From Balanoglossus misakiensis (Eukaryota > Animalia > Hemichordata), in NCBI GenBank assembly GCA_040954595.2, contig CM082595.2:7670317-7734316 (forward strand): a stretch of 64,000 nt of DNA. Reading direction: 5' to 3'. The notes beneath the pieces were generated by a model that saw only the letters and a list, made by a program, of their open reading frames with translations, was not told where the DNA came from and did no database searches. Numbering within the stretch: position 1 is the stretch's first letter; each line of letters begins with the position of its first letter. The position numbers and the translations under genes are program-made. Shown here in pieces: positions 27,101-42,100 of the stretch.

Positions 27101-30100
27101 AGTTTTCTTAGATTAGGCACTTTTATTTCCCCAATTTGGGGGTATTCCATTAAGTATATTTCAAAAAAAAATTAGGTGTAATTTTTCAAGCCTAGAATAG
27201 TTTTCTTAGATTAGGCACTTTTATTTCCCCAATTTGGGGGGTATTCAATTAAGTATATTTCAAAAAAACATTAAGTATAATTTTTCAAGCCCAGTATAGT
27301 TTTCTTAGATTAGGCACTTATATTTCCCCAATTTGGGGGGTATTCAATTAAGTATATTTCAAAAAAAAATTAAGTATAATTTTTCAAGCCCAGTATAGTT
27401 TTCTTAGATTAGGCACTTTTATTTCCCCAATTTGGGAGGTATTCAATTAAGTATATTTCAAAAAAAAAAAAATTAAGTATAACTTTTCAAGTCCAGCATA
27501 GTTTGCTTAGATAAGGCACTTTTATTTCCCCAATTTGGGGGGTATTCAATTAAGTATATTTAAAAAAAAAATTAAGTATAATTTTTCAAGCCCAGTATAG
27601 TTTTCCTAGATTAGGCACTTTTATTTCCCCAATATGGGGAGTATTCAATTAAGTATATTTCAAAAAAAAATTAAGTATAATTTTTCAAGTCCAGCATAGT
27701 TTGCTTAGATTAGGCACTTTTATTTCCCCAATTTGGGGGGTATTCAATTAAGTATATTTCAAAAAAAAAAAAAAAATTAAGTATAACTTTTCAAGTCCAG
27801 CATAGTTTTCTTAGATTAGGCACTTTTATTTCCCCAATTTGGGGGGTATTCAATTAGGTATATTTAAAAAAAAAATTAAGTATAATTTTTCAAGTCCAGT
27901 ATAGTTTTCTTCGATTAGGCAATTTTATTTCCCCAATTTGGGGGGTATTCAATTAAGTATATTTCAAAAAAAAATTAAGTATAATTTTTCAAGTCCAGTA
28001 TAATTTTCTTCGATTAGGCACTTTTATTTACCCAATTTTGGGGGTATTCAATTAAGTATATTTCAAAAAAAAATTAAGTATAATTTTTCAAGTCCAGTAT
28101 AGTTTTCTTCGATTAGGCACTTTTATTTCCCCAATTTGGGGGGTATTCAATTAAGTATATTTAAAAAAAAAATTAAGTATAATTTTTCAAGTCCAGTATA
28201 ATTTTCTTCGATTAGGCACTTTTATTTCCCCAATTTTGGGGGTATTCAATTAAGTATATTTCAAAAAAAAATTAAGTATAATTTTTCAAGTCCAGTATAG
28301 TTTTCTTCGATTAGGCACTTTTATTTCCCCAATTATGGGGGTATTCAATTAAGTATATTTCAAAAAAAAATTAAGTATAATTTTTCAAGTCCAGTATAAT
28401 TTTCTTCGATTAGGCACTTTTATTTCCCCAATTTTGGGGGTATTCAATTAAGTATATTTCAAAAAAAAATTAAGTATAATTTTTCAAGTCCAGTATAGTT
28501 TTCTTCGATTAGGCACTTTTATTTCCCCAATTATGGGGGTATTCAATTAAGTATATTTCAAAAAAAAATTAAGTATAATTTTTCAAGTCCAGTATAATTT
28601 TCTTAGATTAGGCACTTTTATTTCCCCAATTTGGGGAGTATTCAATTAAGTATATTTCAAAAAAAAAAAAAAATTAAGTATAACTTTTCAAGTCCAGCAT
28701 CGTTTTCTTAGATTAGGCACTTTTATTTCCCCAATTTGGGGGGTATTCAATTAAGTATATTTAAAAAAAAAATTAAGTATAATTTTTCAAGTCCAGTATA
28801 GTTTTCTTAGATTAGGCACTTTTATTTCCCCACTTTGGGGGTATTCAATTAAGTATATTTCAAAAAAAATAAAAAATTAAGTATAACTTTTCAAGTCCAG
28901 CATAGTTTTCTTAGATTAGGCACTTTTATTTCCCCAATTTGGGGGTATTCAATTAAGTATATTTCAAAAAAAAAAAAAAAATTAAGTATAACTTTTCAAG
29001 TCCAGCATAGTTTTCTTAGATTAGGCACTTTTATTTCCCCAATTTGGGGGGGAATCAATTAAGTATATTTCAAAAAAAAAATAAGTATAATTTTTCAAGC
29101 CCAGTATAGTTTTCTTAGATTAGGCACTTTTATTTCCCCAATTTGGGGGTATTCAATTAAGTATATTTAAAAAAAAAATTAAGTATAATTTTTCAAGCCC
29201 AGTATAGTTTTCTTAGATTAGGCACTTTTATTTCCCCAATTTGGGGGGTATTCAATTAAGTATATTTCAAAAAAAAATTAGGTGTAATTTTTCAAGCCTA
29301 GAATAGTTTTCTTAGATTAGGCACTTTTATTTCCCCAATTTGGGGGGTATTCAATTAAGTATATTTCAAAAAAACATTAAGTATAATTTTTCAAGCCCAG
29401 TATAGTTTTCTTAGATTAGGCACTTTTATTTCCCCAATTTGGGGGGTATTCAATTAAGTATATTTCAAAAAAAAATTAAGTATAATTTTTCAAGCCCAGT
29501 ATAGTTTTCTTAGATTAGGCACTTTTATTTCCCCAATTTGGGGGGTATTCAATTAAGTATATTTCAAAAAAAAAAAAAAATTAGGTGTAATTTTTCAAGC
29601 CTAGAATAGTTTTCTTAGATTAGGCACTTTTATTTCCCCAATTTGGGGGGTATTCAATTAAGTATATTTCAAAAAAACATTAAGTTTAATTTTTCAAGCC
29701 CAGTATAGTTTTCCTAGATTAGGCACTTTTATTTCCCCAATATGGGGAGTATTCAATTAAGTATATTTCAAAAAAAAAATAAGTATAATTTTTCAAGTCC
29801 TGTATAGTTTTCTTAGATTAGGCACTTTTATTTCCCCAATTTGGGGGGTATTCAATTAAGTATATTTCAAAAAAAAAAAAAAATTAAGTATAACTTTTCA
29901 AGTCCAGCATAGTTTTCTTAGATTAGGCACTTTTCTTTCCCCAATTTGGGGGGTATTCAATTAGGTATATTTCAAAAAAAAATTAAGTATAATTTTTCAA
30001 GTCCAGTATAGTTTTCTTCGATTAGGCAATTTTATTTCCCCAATTTGGGGGGTATTCAATTAAGTATATTTCAAAAAAAAAATTAAGTATAATTTTTCAA

Positions 30101-33100
30101 GTCCAGTATAATTTTCTTAGATTAGGCACTTTTATTTCCCAGATTTGGGGGGTATTCAATTAAGTATATTTCAAAAAAAAATTAAGTATAATTTTTCAAG
30201 CCCAGTATAGTTTTCTTAGATTAGGCACTTTTATTTCCCCAATTTGGGGGGTATTCAATTAAGTATATTTCAAAAAAAAATTAAGTATAATTTTTCAAGC
30301 CCAGTATGGTTTTCTTAGATTAGGCACTTTTTTTTCCCCAATTTGGGGGGTATTCAATTAAGTATATTTCAAAAAAAAATTAAGTATAATTTTTCAAGCC
30401 CAGTATGGTTTTCTTAGATTAGGCACTTTTTTTTCCCCAATTTGGGGGGTATTCAATTAAGTATATTTAAAAAAAAAATTAAGTATAATTTTTCAAGTCC
30501 AGTATAGTTTTCTTAGATTAGGCACTTTTATTTCCCCAATTTGGGGGTATTCAATTAAGTATATTTCAAAAAAAAATAAAAAATTAAGTATAACTTTTCA
30601 AGTCCAGCATAGTTTTCTTAGATTAGGCACTTTTATTTCCCCAATTTGGGGGGTATTCAATTAAGTATATTTCAAAAAAAAATTAAGTATAATTTTTCAA
30701 GCCCAGTATAGTTTTCTTAGATTAGGCACTTTTATTTCCCCAATTTGGGTGGTATTTAATTAAGTATATTTCAAAAAAAAAAAAAAATTAAGTATAATTT
30801 TTCAAGCCCAATATAGTTTTCTTAGATTAGGCACTTTTATTTCCCCAATTTGGGGGTATTCAATTAAGTATATTGCAAAAAAAAAAAAAAAAATTACGTA
30901 TAATTTTTCAAGCCCAGTATAGTTTTCTTAGATTAGGCACTTTTATTTCCCCAATTTGGGGGGTATTCAATTAAGTATATTTCAAAAAAAAATTAAGTAT
31001 AATTTTTCAAGCCCAGTATAGTTTTCTTAGATTAGGCACTTTTATTTCCCCAATTTGGGGGGTATTCAATTAAGTATATTTCAAAAAAAAAAAAAAAATT
31101 AAGTATAATTTTTCAAGCCCAGTATAGTTTTCTTAGATTAGGCACTTTATTTCCCCAATTTGGGGGGTATTCAATTAAGTATATTTCAAAAAAAAATTAA
31201 GTATAATTTTTCAAGCCCAGTATAGTTTTCTTAGATTAGGCACTTTTTTTTCCCCAATTTGGGGGGTATTCAATTAAGTATATTAAAAAAAAAAATTAAG
31301 TATAATTTTTCAAGCCCAGTATAGTTTTCTTAGATTAGGCACTTTTATTTCCCCAATTTGGGGGGGGATTCAATTAAGTATATTTCAAAAAAAAATTAAG
31401 TATAACTTTTCAAGTCCAGCATAGTTTTCGTAGATTAGGCACTTTTATTTCCCCAATTTGGGGGTATTCAATTAAGTATATTTCAAAAAAAAAAAAAAAT
31501 AATATAACTTTTCAAGTCCAGCATCGTTTTCTAAGATTAGGCACTTTTATTTCCCCAATTTGGGGGGTATTCAATTAAGTATATTTAAAAAAAAAATTAA
31601 GTATAATTTTTCAAGTCCAGTATAGTTTTCTTAGATTAAGCACTTTTATTTCCCCAATTTGGGGGTATTCAATTAAGTATATTTTAAAAAAAATAAAAAA
31701 TTAAGTATAACTTTTCAAGTCCAGCATAGTTTTCTTAGATTAGGCACTTTTATTTCCCAGATTTTGGGGGTATTCAATTAAGTATATTTAAAAAAAAAAT
31801 TAAGTATAATTTTTCAAGTCCAGTATAGTTTTCTTAGATTAGGCACTTTTATTTCCCCAATTTGGGGGGTATTCAATTAAGTATATTTCAAAAAAAAAAA
31901 AAAAATTAAGTATAATTTTTCAAGCCCAGTATAGTTTTCTTAGATTAGGCACTTTATTTCCCCAATTTGGGGGGTATTCAATTAAGTATATTTCAAAAAA
32001 AAATTAAGTATAATTTTTCAAGCCCAGTATAGTTTTCTTAGATTAGGCACTTTTTTTTCCCCAATTTGGGGGGTATTCAATTAAGTATATTAAAAAAAAA
32101 AATTAAGTATAATTTTTCAAGCCCAGTATAGTTTTCTTAGATTAGGCACTTTTATTTCCCCAATTTGGGGGGGGATTCAATTAAGTATATTTCAAAAAAA
32201 AATTAAGTATAACTTTTCAAGTCCAGCATAGTTTTCGTAGATTAGGCACTTTTATTTCCCCAATTTGGGGAGTATTCAATTAAGTATATTTCAAAAAAAA
32301 AAAAAAATTAAGTATAACTTTTCAAGTCCAGCATCGTTTTCTTAGATTAGGCACTTTTATTTCCCCAATTTGGGGGGTATTCAATTAAGTATATTTAAAA
32401 AAAAAATTAAGTATAATTTTTCAAGTCCAGTATAGTTTTCTTAGATTAGGCACTTTTATTTCCCCACTTTGGGGGTATTCAATTAAGTATATTTCAAAAA
32501 AAATAAAAAATTAAGTATAACTTTTCAAGTCCAGCATAGTTTTCTTAGATTAGGCACTTTTATTTCCCCAATTTGGGGGTATTCAATTAAGTATATTTCA
32601 AAAAAAAAAAAAAAATTAAGTATAACTTTTCAAGTCCAGCATAGTTTTCTTAGATTAGGCACTTTTATTTCCCCAATTTGGGGGGGAATCAATTAAGTAT
32701 ATTTCAAAAAAAAAATAAGTATAATTTTTCAAGCCCAGTATAGTTTTCTTAGATTAGGCACTTTTATTTCCCCAATTTGGGGGTATTCAATTAAGTATAT
32801 TTAAAAAAAAAATTAAGTATAATTTTTCAAGCCCAGTATAGTTTTCTTAGATTAGGCACTTTTATTTCCCCAATTTGGGGGGTATTCAATTAAGTATATT
32901 TCAAAAAAAAATTAGGTGTAATTTTTCAAGCCTAGAATAGTTTTCTTAGATTAGGCACTTTTATTTCCCCAATTTGGGGGGTATTCAATTAAGTATATTT
33001 CAAAAAAACATTAAGTATAATTTTTCAAGCCCAGTATAGTTTTCTTAGATTAGGCACTTTTATTTCCCCAATTTGGGGGGTATTCAATTAAGTATATTTC

Positions 33101-36100
33101 AAAAAAAAATTAAGTATAATTTTTCAAGCCCAGTATAGTTTTCTTAGATTAGGCACTTTTATTTCCCCAATTTGGGGGGTATTCAATTAAGTATATTTCA
33201 AAAAAAAAAAAAAAATTAGGTGTAATTTTTCAAGCCTAGAATAGTTTTCTTAGATTAGGCACTTTTATTTCCCCAATTTGGGGGGTATTCAATTAAGTAT
33301 ATTTCAAAAAAACATTAAGTTTAATTTTTCAAGCCCAGTATAGTTTTCCTAGATTAGGCACTTTTATTTCCCCAATATGGGGAGTATTCAATTAAGTATA
33401 TTTCAAAAAAAAAATAAGTATAATTTTTCAAGTCCTGTATAGTTTTCTTAGGTTAGGCACTTTTATTTCCCCAATTTGGGGGGTATTCAATTAAGTATAT
33501 TTCAAAAAAAAAAAAAAATTAAGTATAACTTTTCAAGTCCAGCATAGTTTTCTTAGATTAGGCACTTTTCTTTCCCCAATTTGGGGGGTATTCAATTAGG
33601 TATTTTTCAAAAAAAAATTAAGTATAATTTTTCAAGTCCAGTATAGTTTTCTTCGATTAGGCAATTTTATTTCCCCAATTTGGGGGGTATTCAATTAAGT
33701 ATATTTCAAAAAAAAATTAAGTATAATTTTTCAAGTCCAGTATAATTTTCTTAGATTAGGCACTTTTATTTCCCAGATTTGGGGGGTATTCAATTAAGTA
33801 TATTTCAAAAAAAAATTAAGTATAATTTTTCAAGCCCAGTATAGTTTTCTTAGATTAGGCACATTTATTTCCCCAATTTGGGGGGTATTCAATTAAGTAT
33901 ATTTCAAAAAAAAATTAAGTATAATTTTTCAAGCCCAGTATGGTTTTCTTAGATTAGGCACTTTTTTTTCCCCAATTTGGGGGGTATTCAATTAAGTATA
34001 TTTCAAAAAAAAATTAAGTATAATTTTTCAAGCCCAGTATGGTTTTCTTAGATTAGGCACTTTTTTTTCCCCAATTTGGGGGGTATTCAATTAAGTATAT
34101 TTAAAAAAAAAATTAAGTATAATTTTTCAAGTCCAGTATAGTTTTCTTAGATTAGGCACTTTTATTTCCCCAATTTGGGGGTATTCAATTAAGTATATTT
34201 CAAAAAAAAATAAAAAATTAAGTATAACTTTTCAAGTCCAGCATAGTTTTCTTAGATTAGGCACTTTTATTTCCCCAATTTGGGGGGTATTCAATTAAGT
34301 ATATTTCAAAAAAAAATTAAGTATAATTTTTCAAGCCCAGTATAGTTTTCTTAGATTAGGCACTTTTATTTCCCCAATTTGGGTGGTATTTAATTAAGTA
34401 TATTTCAAAAAAAAAAAAAAATTAAGTATAATTTTTCAAGCCCAATATAGTTTTCTTAGATTAGGCACTTTTATTTCCCCAATTTGGGGGTATTCAATTA
34501 AGTATATTGCAAAAAAAAAAAAAAAAATTACGTATAATTTTTCAAGCCCAGTATAGTTTTCTTAGATTAGGCACTTTTATTTCCCCAATTTGGGGGGTAT
34601 TCAATTAAGTATATTTCAAAAAAAAATTAAGTATAATTTTTCAAGCCCAGTATAGTTTTCTTAGATTAGGCACTTTTATTTCCCCAATTTGGGGGGTATT
34701 CAATTAAGTATATTTCAAAAAAAAAAAAAAAATTAAGTATAATTTTTCAAGCCCAGTATAGTTTTCTTAGATTAGGCACTTTATTTCCCCAATTTGGGGG
34801 GTATTCAATTAAGTATATTTCAAAAAAAAATTAAGTATAATTTTTCAAGCCCAGTATAGTTTTCTTAGATTAGGCACTTTTTTTTCCCCTAATTTGGGGG
34901 GTATTCAATTAAGTATATTAAAAAAAAAAATTAAGTATAATTTTTCAAGCCCAGTATAGTTTTCTTAGATTAGGCACTTTTATTTCCCCAATTTGGGGGT
35001 ATTCAATTAAGTATATTGCAAAAAAAAAAAAAAAAATTACGTATAATTTTTCAAGCCCAGTATAGTTTTCTTAGATTAGGCACTTTTATTTCCCCAATTT
35101 GGGGGGTATTCAATTAAGTATATTTCAAAAAAAAATTAAGTATAATTTTTCAAGCCCAGTATAGTTTTCTTAGATTAGGCACTTTTATTTCCCCAATTTG
35201 GGGGGTATTCAATTAAGTATATTTCAAAAAAAAAAAAAAAATTAAGTATAATTTTTCAAGCCCAGTATAGTTTTCTTAGATTAGGCACTTTATTTCCCCA
35301 ATTTGGGGGGTATTCAATTAAGTATATTTCAAAAAAAAATTAAGTATAATTTTTCAAGCCCAGTATAGTTTTCTTAGATTAGGCACTTTTATTTCCCCAA
35401 TTTGGGTGGTATTTAATTAAGTATATTTCAAAAAAAAAAAAAAATTAAGTATAATTTTTCAAGCCCAATATAGTTTTCTTAGATTAGGCACTTTTATTTC
35501 CCCAATTTGGGGGTATTCAATTAAGTATATTGCAAAAAAAAAAAAAAAAATTACGTATAATTTTTCAAGCCCAGTATAGTTTTCTTAGATTAGGCACTTT
35601 TATTTCCCCAATTTGGGGGGTATTCAATTAAGTATATTTCAAAAAAAAATTAAGTATAATTTTTCAAGCCCAGTATAGTTTTCTTAGATTAGGCACTTTT
35701 ATTTCCCCAATTTGGGGGGTATTCAATTAAGTATATTTCAAAAAAAAAAAAAAAATTAAGTATAATTTTTCAAGCCCAGTATAGTTTTCTTAGATTAGGC
35801 ACTTTATTTCCCCAATTTGGGGGGTATTCAATTAAGTATATTTCAAAAAAAAATTAAGTATAATTTTTCAAGCCCAGTATAGTTTTCTTAGATTAGGCAC
35901 TTTTTTTTCCCCTAATTTGGGGGGTATTCAATTAAGTATATTAAAAAAAAAAATTAAGTATAATTTTTCAAGCCCACTATAGTTTTCTTAGATTAGGCAC
36001 TTTTATTTCCCCAATTTGGGGGGGGGATTCAATTAAGTATATTTCAAAAAAAAATTAAGTATAACTTTTCAAGTCCAGCATAGTTTTCGTAGATTAGGCA

Positions 36101-39100
36101 CTTTTATTTCCCCAATTTGGGGGTATTCAATTAAGTATATTTCAAAAAAAAAAAAAAATAATATAACTTTTCAAGTCCAGCATCGTTTTCTAAGATTAGG
36201 CACTTTTATTTCCCCAATTTGGGGGGTATTCAATTAAGTATATTTAAAAAAAAAATTAAGTATAATTTTTCAAGTCCAGTATAGTTTTCTTAGATTAAGC
36301 ACTTTTATTTCCCCAATTTGGGGGTATTCAATTAAGTATATTTTAAAAAAAATAAAAAATTAAGTATAACTTTTCAAGTCCAGCATAGTTTTCTTAGATT
36401 AGGCACTTTTATTTCCCAGATTTTGGGGGTATTCAATTAAGTATATTTAAAAAAAAAATTAAGTATAATTTTTCAAGCCCAGTATAGTTTTCTTAGATTA
36501 GGCACTTTTTTTCCCCAATTTGGGGGGTATTCAATTAAGTATATTTAAAAAAAAAATTAAGTATAATTTTTCAAGCCCAGTATAGTTTTCTTAGATTAGG
36601 CACTTTTATTTCCCCAATTTGGGGGGGATTCAATTAAGTATATTTAAAAAAAAATTAAGTATAATTTTTCAAGTCCAGCATAGTTTTCTTTGATTAGGCA
36701 CTTTTATTTCCCCAATTTGGGGGGTATTCAATTAAGTATATTTCAAAAAAAAATTAAGTATAACTTTTCAAGTCCAGCATAGTTTTCGTAGATTAGGCAC
36801 TTTTATTTCCCCAATTTGGGGGTATTCAATTAAGTATATTTCAAAAAAAAAAAAAAAATTAAGTATAACTTTTCAAGTCCAGCATCGTTTTCTAAGATTA
36901 GGCACTTTTATTCCCCCAATTTGGGGGGTATTCAATTAAGTATATTTAAAAAAAAAATTAAGTATAATTTTTCAAGTCCAGTATAGTTTTCTTAGATTAA
37001 GCACTTTTATTTCCCCAATTTGGGGGTATTCAATTAAGTATATTTTTAAAAAAATAAAAAATTAAGTATAACTTTTCAAGTCCAGTATAGTTTTCTTAGA
37101 TTAGGCACTTTTATTTCCCCAATTTGGGGGGTATTCAATTAAGTATATTTAAAAAAAAAATTAAGTATAATTTTTCAAGTCCAGCATGGTTTTCTTAGAT
37201 TAGGCACTTTTATTTCCCCAATTTGGGGGGTATTCAATTAAGTATATTTCAAAAAAAAATTAAGTATAATTTTTCAAGTCCACTATATTTTTCTTTGATT
37301 AGGCATTTTTAATTCCCCAATTTAGGGGGTATTCAATTAAGTATATTTAAAAAAAAATTAAGTATAACTTTTCAAGTCCAGCATAGTTTTCTTAGATTAG
37401 GCACTTTTATTTCCCCAATTTGGGGGGTATTCAATTAAGTATATTTCAAAAAAAATTAAGTATAATTTTTCAAGTCCAGCATAGTTTTCTTAGATTAGGC
37501 ACTTTTATTTCCCCAATTTGGGGGGTGTTCAATTAAGTATATTTAAAAAAAAAATTAAGTATAACTTTTCAAGTCCAGCATAGTTTTCTTAGATTAGGCA
37601 CTTTTATTTCCCCAATTTGGGGGGGGGGGGGGATTCAATTAAGTATATTTCAAAAAAAAAAAAAAAATTAAGTATAATTTTTCAAGCCCAGTATAGTTTT
37701 CTTAGATTAGGCACTTTTATTTCCCCAATTTGGGGGGGATTCAATTAAGTATATTTCAAAAAAAAATTAAGTATAATTTTTCAAGCCCAGTATAGTTTTC
37801 TTAGATTAGGCACTTTTATTTCCCCAATTTGGGGGGTATTCAATTAAGTATATTTCAAAAAAAAAATTAAGTATAACTTTTCAAGTCCAGCATAGTTTTC
37901 TTAGATTAGGCACTTTTATTTCCCCAATTTGGGGGGGATTCAATTAAGTATATTTAAAAAAAAAATTAAGTATAATTTTTCAAGTCCAGCATAGTTTTCT
38001 TTGATTAGGCACTTTTATTTCCCCAATTTGGGGGGTATTCAATTAAGTATATTTCAAAAAAAAATTAAGTATAACTTTTCAAGTCCAGCATAGTTTTCTT
38101 AGATTAGGCACTTTTATTTCCCCAATTTGGGGGGTATTCAATTAAGTATATTTCAAAAAAAAAATTAAGTATAATTTTTCAAGCCCAGTATAGTTTTCTT
38201 AGATTAGGCACTTTTTTTTCCCCAATTTGGGGGGTATTCAATTAAGTATATTTCAAAAAAAAATTAAGTATAATTTTTCAAGCCCAGTATAGTTTTCTTA
38301 GATTAGGCACTTTTATTTCCCCAATTTGGGGGGTATTCAATTAAGTATATTTCAAAAAAAAATTAAGTATAATTTTTCAAGTCCAGCATAGTTTTCTTTG
38401 ATTAGGCACTTTTATTTCCCCAATTTGGGGGGTATTCAATTAAGTATATTTCAAAAAAAAATTAAGTATAACTTTTCAAGTCCAGCATAGTTTTCTTAGA
38501 TTAGGCACTTTTATTTCCCCAATTTGGGGGGTATTCAATTAAGTATATTTCAAAAAAAAATTAAGTATAATTTTTCAAGTCCAGCATAGTTTTCTTAGAT
38601 TAGGCACTTTTATTTCCCCAATTTAGGGGGTATTCAATTAAGTATATTTCAAAAAAAAAAATAAGTATAACTTTTCAAGTCCAGCATAGTTTTCTTAGAT
38701 TAGGCACTTTTGTTTCCCCAATTTGGGGGGTATTCAATTAAGTATATTTCAAAAAAAAATTAAGTATAATTTTTCAAGTCCAGTATAGTTTTCTTAGATT
38801 AGGCACTTTTATTTCCCCAATTTGGGGGGTATTCAATTAAGTATATTTCAAAAAAAAATTAAGTATAATTGTTCAAGTCCAGTATAGTTTTCTTAGATTA
38901 GGCACTTTTATTTCCCCAATTTGGGGAGTATTCAATTAAGTATATTTCAAAAAAATAAAATAAAAAATAAAGTACATCTTTTCAAGTCCAGTATAGTTTT
39001 CTTTAATAGGCACTTTTATTTCCCCAATTTGGGGGGTATACAATTAAGTATATTTCAAAAAAAATTAAGTATAATTTTTCAAGTCCAGTATAGTTTTCTT

Positions 39101-42100
39101 AGATTAGGCACTTTTATTTCCCCAATTTGGGGGGTATTCAATTAAGTATATTTAAAAAAAAAATTAAGTATAATTTTTCAAGTCCAGCATGGTTTTCTTA
39201 GATTAGGCACTTTTATTTCCCCAATTTGGGGGGTATTCAATTAAGTATATTTCAAAAAAAAATTAAGTATAATTTTTCAAGTCCACTATATTTTTCTTTG
39301 ATTAGGCATTTTTAATTCCCCAATTTAGGGGGTATTCAATTAAGTATATTTAAAAAAAAATTAAGTATAACTTTTCAAGTCCAGCATAGTTTTCTTAGAT
39401 TAGGCACTTTTATTTCCCCAATTTGGGGGGTATTCAATTAAGTATATTTCAAAAAAAATTAAGTATAATTTTTCAAGTCCAGCATAGTTTTCTTAGATTA
39501 GGCACTTTTATTTCCCCAATTTAGGGGGTATTCAATTAAGTATATTTCAAAAAAAAAAATAAGTATAACTTTTCAAGTCCAGCATAGTTTTCTTAGATTA
39601 GGCACTTTTGTTTCCCCAATTTGGGGGGTATTCAATTAAGTATATTTCAAAAAAAAATTAAGTATAATTTTTCAAGTCCAGTATAGTTTTCTTAGATTAG
39701 GCACTTTTATTTCCCCAATTTGGGGGGTATTCAATTAAGTATATTTCAAAAAAAAATTAAGTATAATTGTTCAAGTCCAGTATAGTTTTCTTAGATTAGG
39801 CACTTTTATTTCCCCAATTTGGGGAGTATTCAATTAAGTATATTTCAAAAAAATAAAATAAAAAATAAAGTACATCTTTTCAAGTCCAGTATAGTTTTCT
39901 TTAATAGGCACTTTTATTTCCCCAATTTGGGGGGTATACAATTAAGTATATTTCAAAAAAAATTAAGTATAATTTTTCAAGTCCAGTATAGTTTTCTTAG
40001 ATTAGGCACTTTTATTTCCCCAATTTGGGGGGTATTCAATTAAGTATATTTAAAAAAAAAATTAAGTATAATTTTTCAAGTCCAGCATGGTTTTCTTAGA
40101 TTAGGCACTTTTATTTCCCCAATTTGGGGGGTATTCAATTAAGTATATTTCAAAAAAAAATTAAGTATAATTTTTCAAGTCCACTATATTTTTCTTTGAT
40201 TAGGCATTTTTAATTCCCCAATTTAGGGGGTATTCAATTAAGTATATTTAAAAAAAAATTAAGTATAACTTTTCAAGTCCAGCATAGTTTTCTTAGATTA
40301 GGCACTTTTATTTCCCCAATTTGGGGGGTATTCAATTAAGTATATTTCAAAAAAAATTAAGTATAATTTTTCAAGTCCAGCATAGTTTTCTTAGATTAGG
40401 CACTTTTATTTCCCCAATTTGGGGGGTGTTCAATTAAGTATATTTAAAAAAAAAATTAAGTATAACTTTTCAAGTCCAGCATAGTTTTCTTAGATTAGGC
40501 ACTTTTATTTCCCCAATTTGGGGGGGGGGGGGGGATTCAATTAAGTATATTTCAAAAAAAAAAAAAAATTAAGTATAACTTTTCAAGTCCAGCATAGTTT
40601 TCTTAGATTAGGCACTTTTATTTCCCCAATTTGGGGGGGGGGGGGGGGGGATTCAATTAAGTATATTTCAAAAAAAAAAAAAAAATTAAGTATAATTTTT
40701 CAAGCCCAGTATAGTTTTCTTAGATTAGGCACTTTTATTTCCCCAATTTGGGGGGGATTCAATTAAGTATATTTCAAAAAAAAATTAAGTATAATTTTTC
40801 AAGCCCAGTATAGTTTTATTAGCTTAGGCACTTTTATTTTCCCAATTTGGGGGGTATTCAATTAAGTATATTTCAGAAAATAATTAAGTATAATTTTTCA
40901 AGCCCAGTATAGTTTTCTTAGATTAGGCACTTTTATTTCCCCAATTTTGGGGTATTCAATTAAGTATATTTCAAAAAAAAAGTAAGTATAATTTTTCAAG
41001 CCCAGTATAGTTTTCTTAGATTAGGCACTTTTATTTCCCCAATTTGGGGGTATTCAATTAAGTATATTTCAAAAAAAAAAAAAAAAAAAAAAATAAAGTA
41101 TAACTTTTCAAGTCCAGCATAGTTTTCTTTGATTAGGCACTTTTAATTCCCCAATTTAGGGGGTATTCAATTAAGTATATTCAAAAAAAAAAAAAAATAG
41201 TATAACTTTTCAAGTCCTGCATAGTTTTCTTAGATTAGGCACTTTTAATTCCCCAATTTAGGGGGTATTCAACTAAGTATATTTCAAAAAAAAATTAAGT
41301 ATAACTTTTCAAGTCCAGCATAGTTTTCTTAGATGAGGCACTTTTTATTCCCCAATTTAGGGGGTATTCAATTAAGTATATTTCAACAAAAAAATTAAGT
41401 ATAACTTTTCAAGTCCAGTATAGTTTTCTTTCATTACACAATATTAATTCCCCAATTGGGGGTATTCAATTAAGTATATTAAAAAAAACAAAATTAAGTA
41501 TAACTTTTCAAGTCCAGTATATTTTTCTTAGATTAGGCACTTTTAATTCCCCAATTTAGGGGGTTTTCAATTAAGTATATTTAAAAAAAAAAAATTAGTA
41601 TAACTTTTAAAGTCCAGTGTAGTTTTCTTAGATTAGGCACTTTTAATTCCCCAATTTAGGGGGTATTCAATTAAGTATATTTCAAAAAAAAAAATTAAGT
41701 ATATCTTTTCAAGTCCAGTATATTTTTCTTTGATTAGGCACTTTAAATTCCCCAATTTAGGGGGGATTCAATTAAGTATATTTAAAAAAAAAAAAATTAG
41801 TATAACTTTTAAAGTCCAGTGTAGTTTTCTTAGATTAGGCACTTTTAATTCCCCAATTTAGGGGGTATTCAATTAAGTATATTTAAAAAAAAAAATAAGT
41901 ATAACTTTTCAAGTCCAGTATATTTTTTCTTTGATTAGGCACTTTTTATTCCCCAATTTAGGGGGTTTTCAATTAAGTATATTTAAAAAAAAAAATAAGT
42001 ATAACTTTTCAAGTCCAGTATATTTTTCTTTGATTAGACACTTTTAATTCCCCAATTTAGGGGGTATTCAATTAAGTATATTTCAAAAAAAAAAAAATTA

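Noticed and set aside
38921-40043. Two identical 74-aa ORFs
   Set aside because: They lie within the satellite and reflect the 898-bp block duplication.
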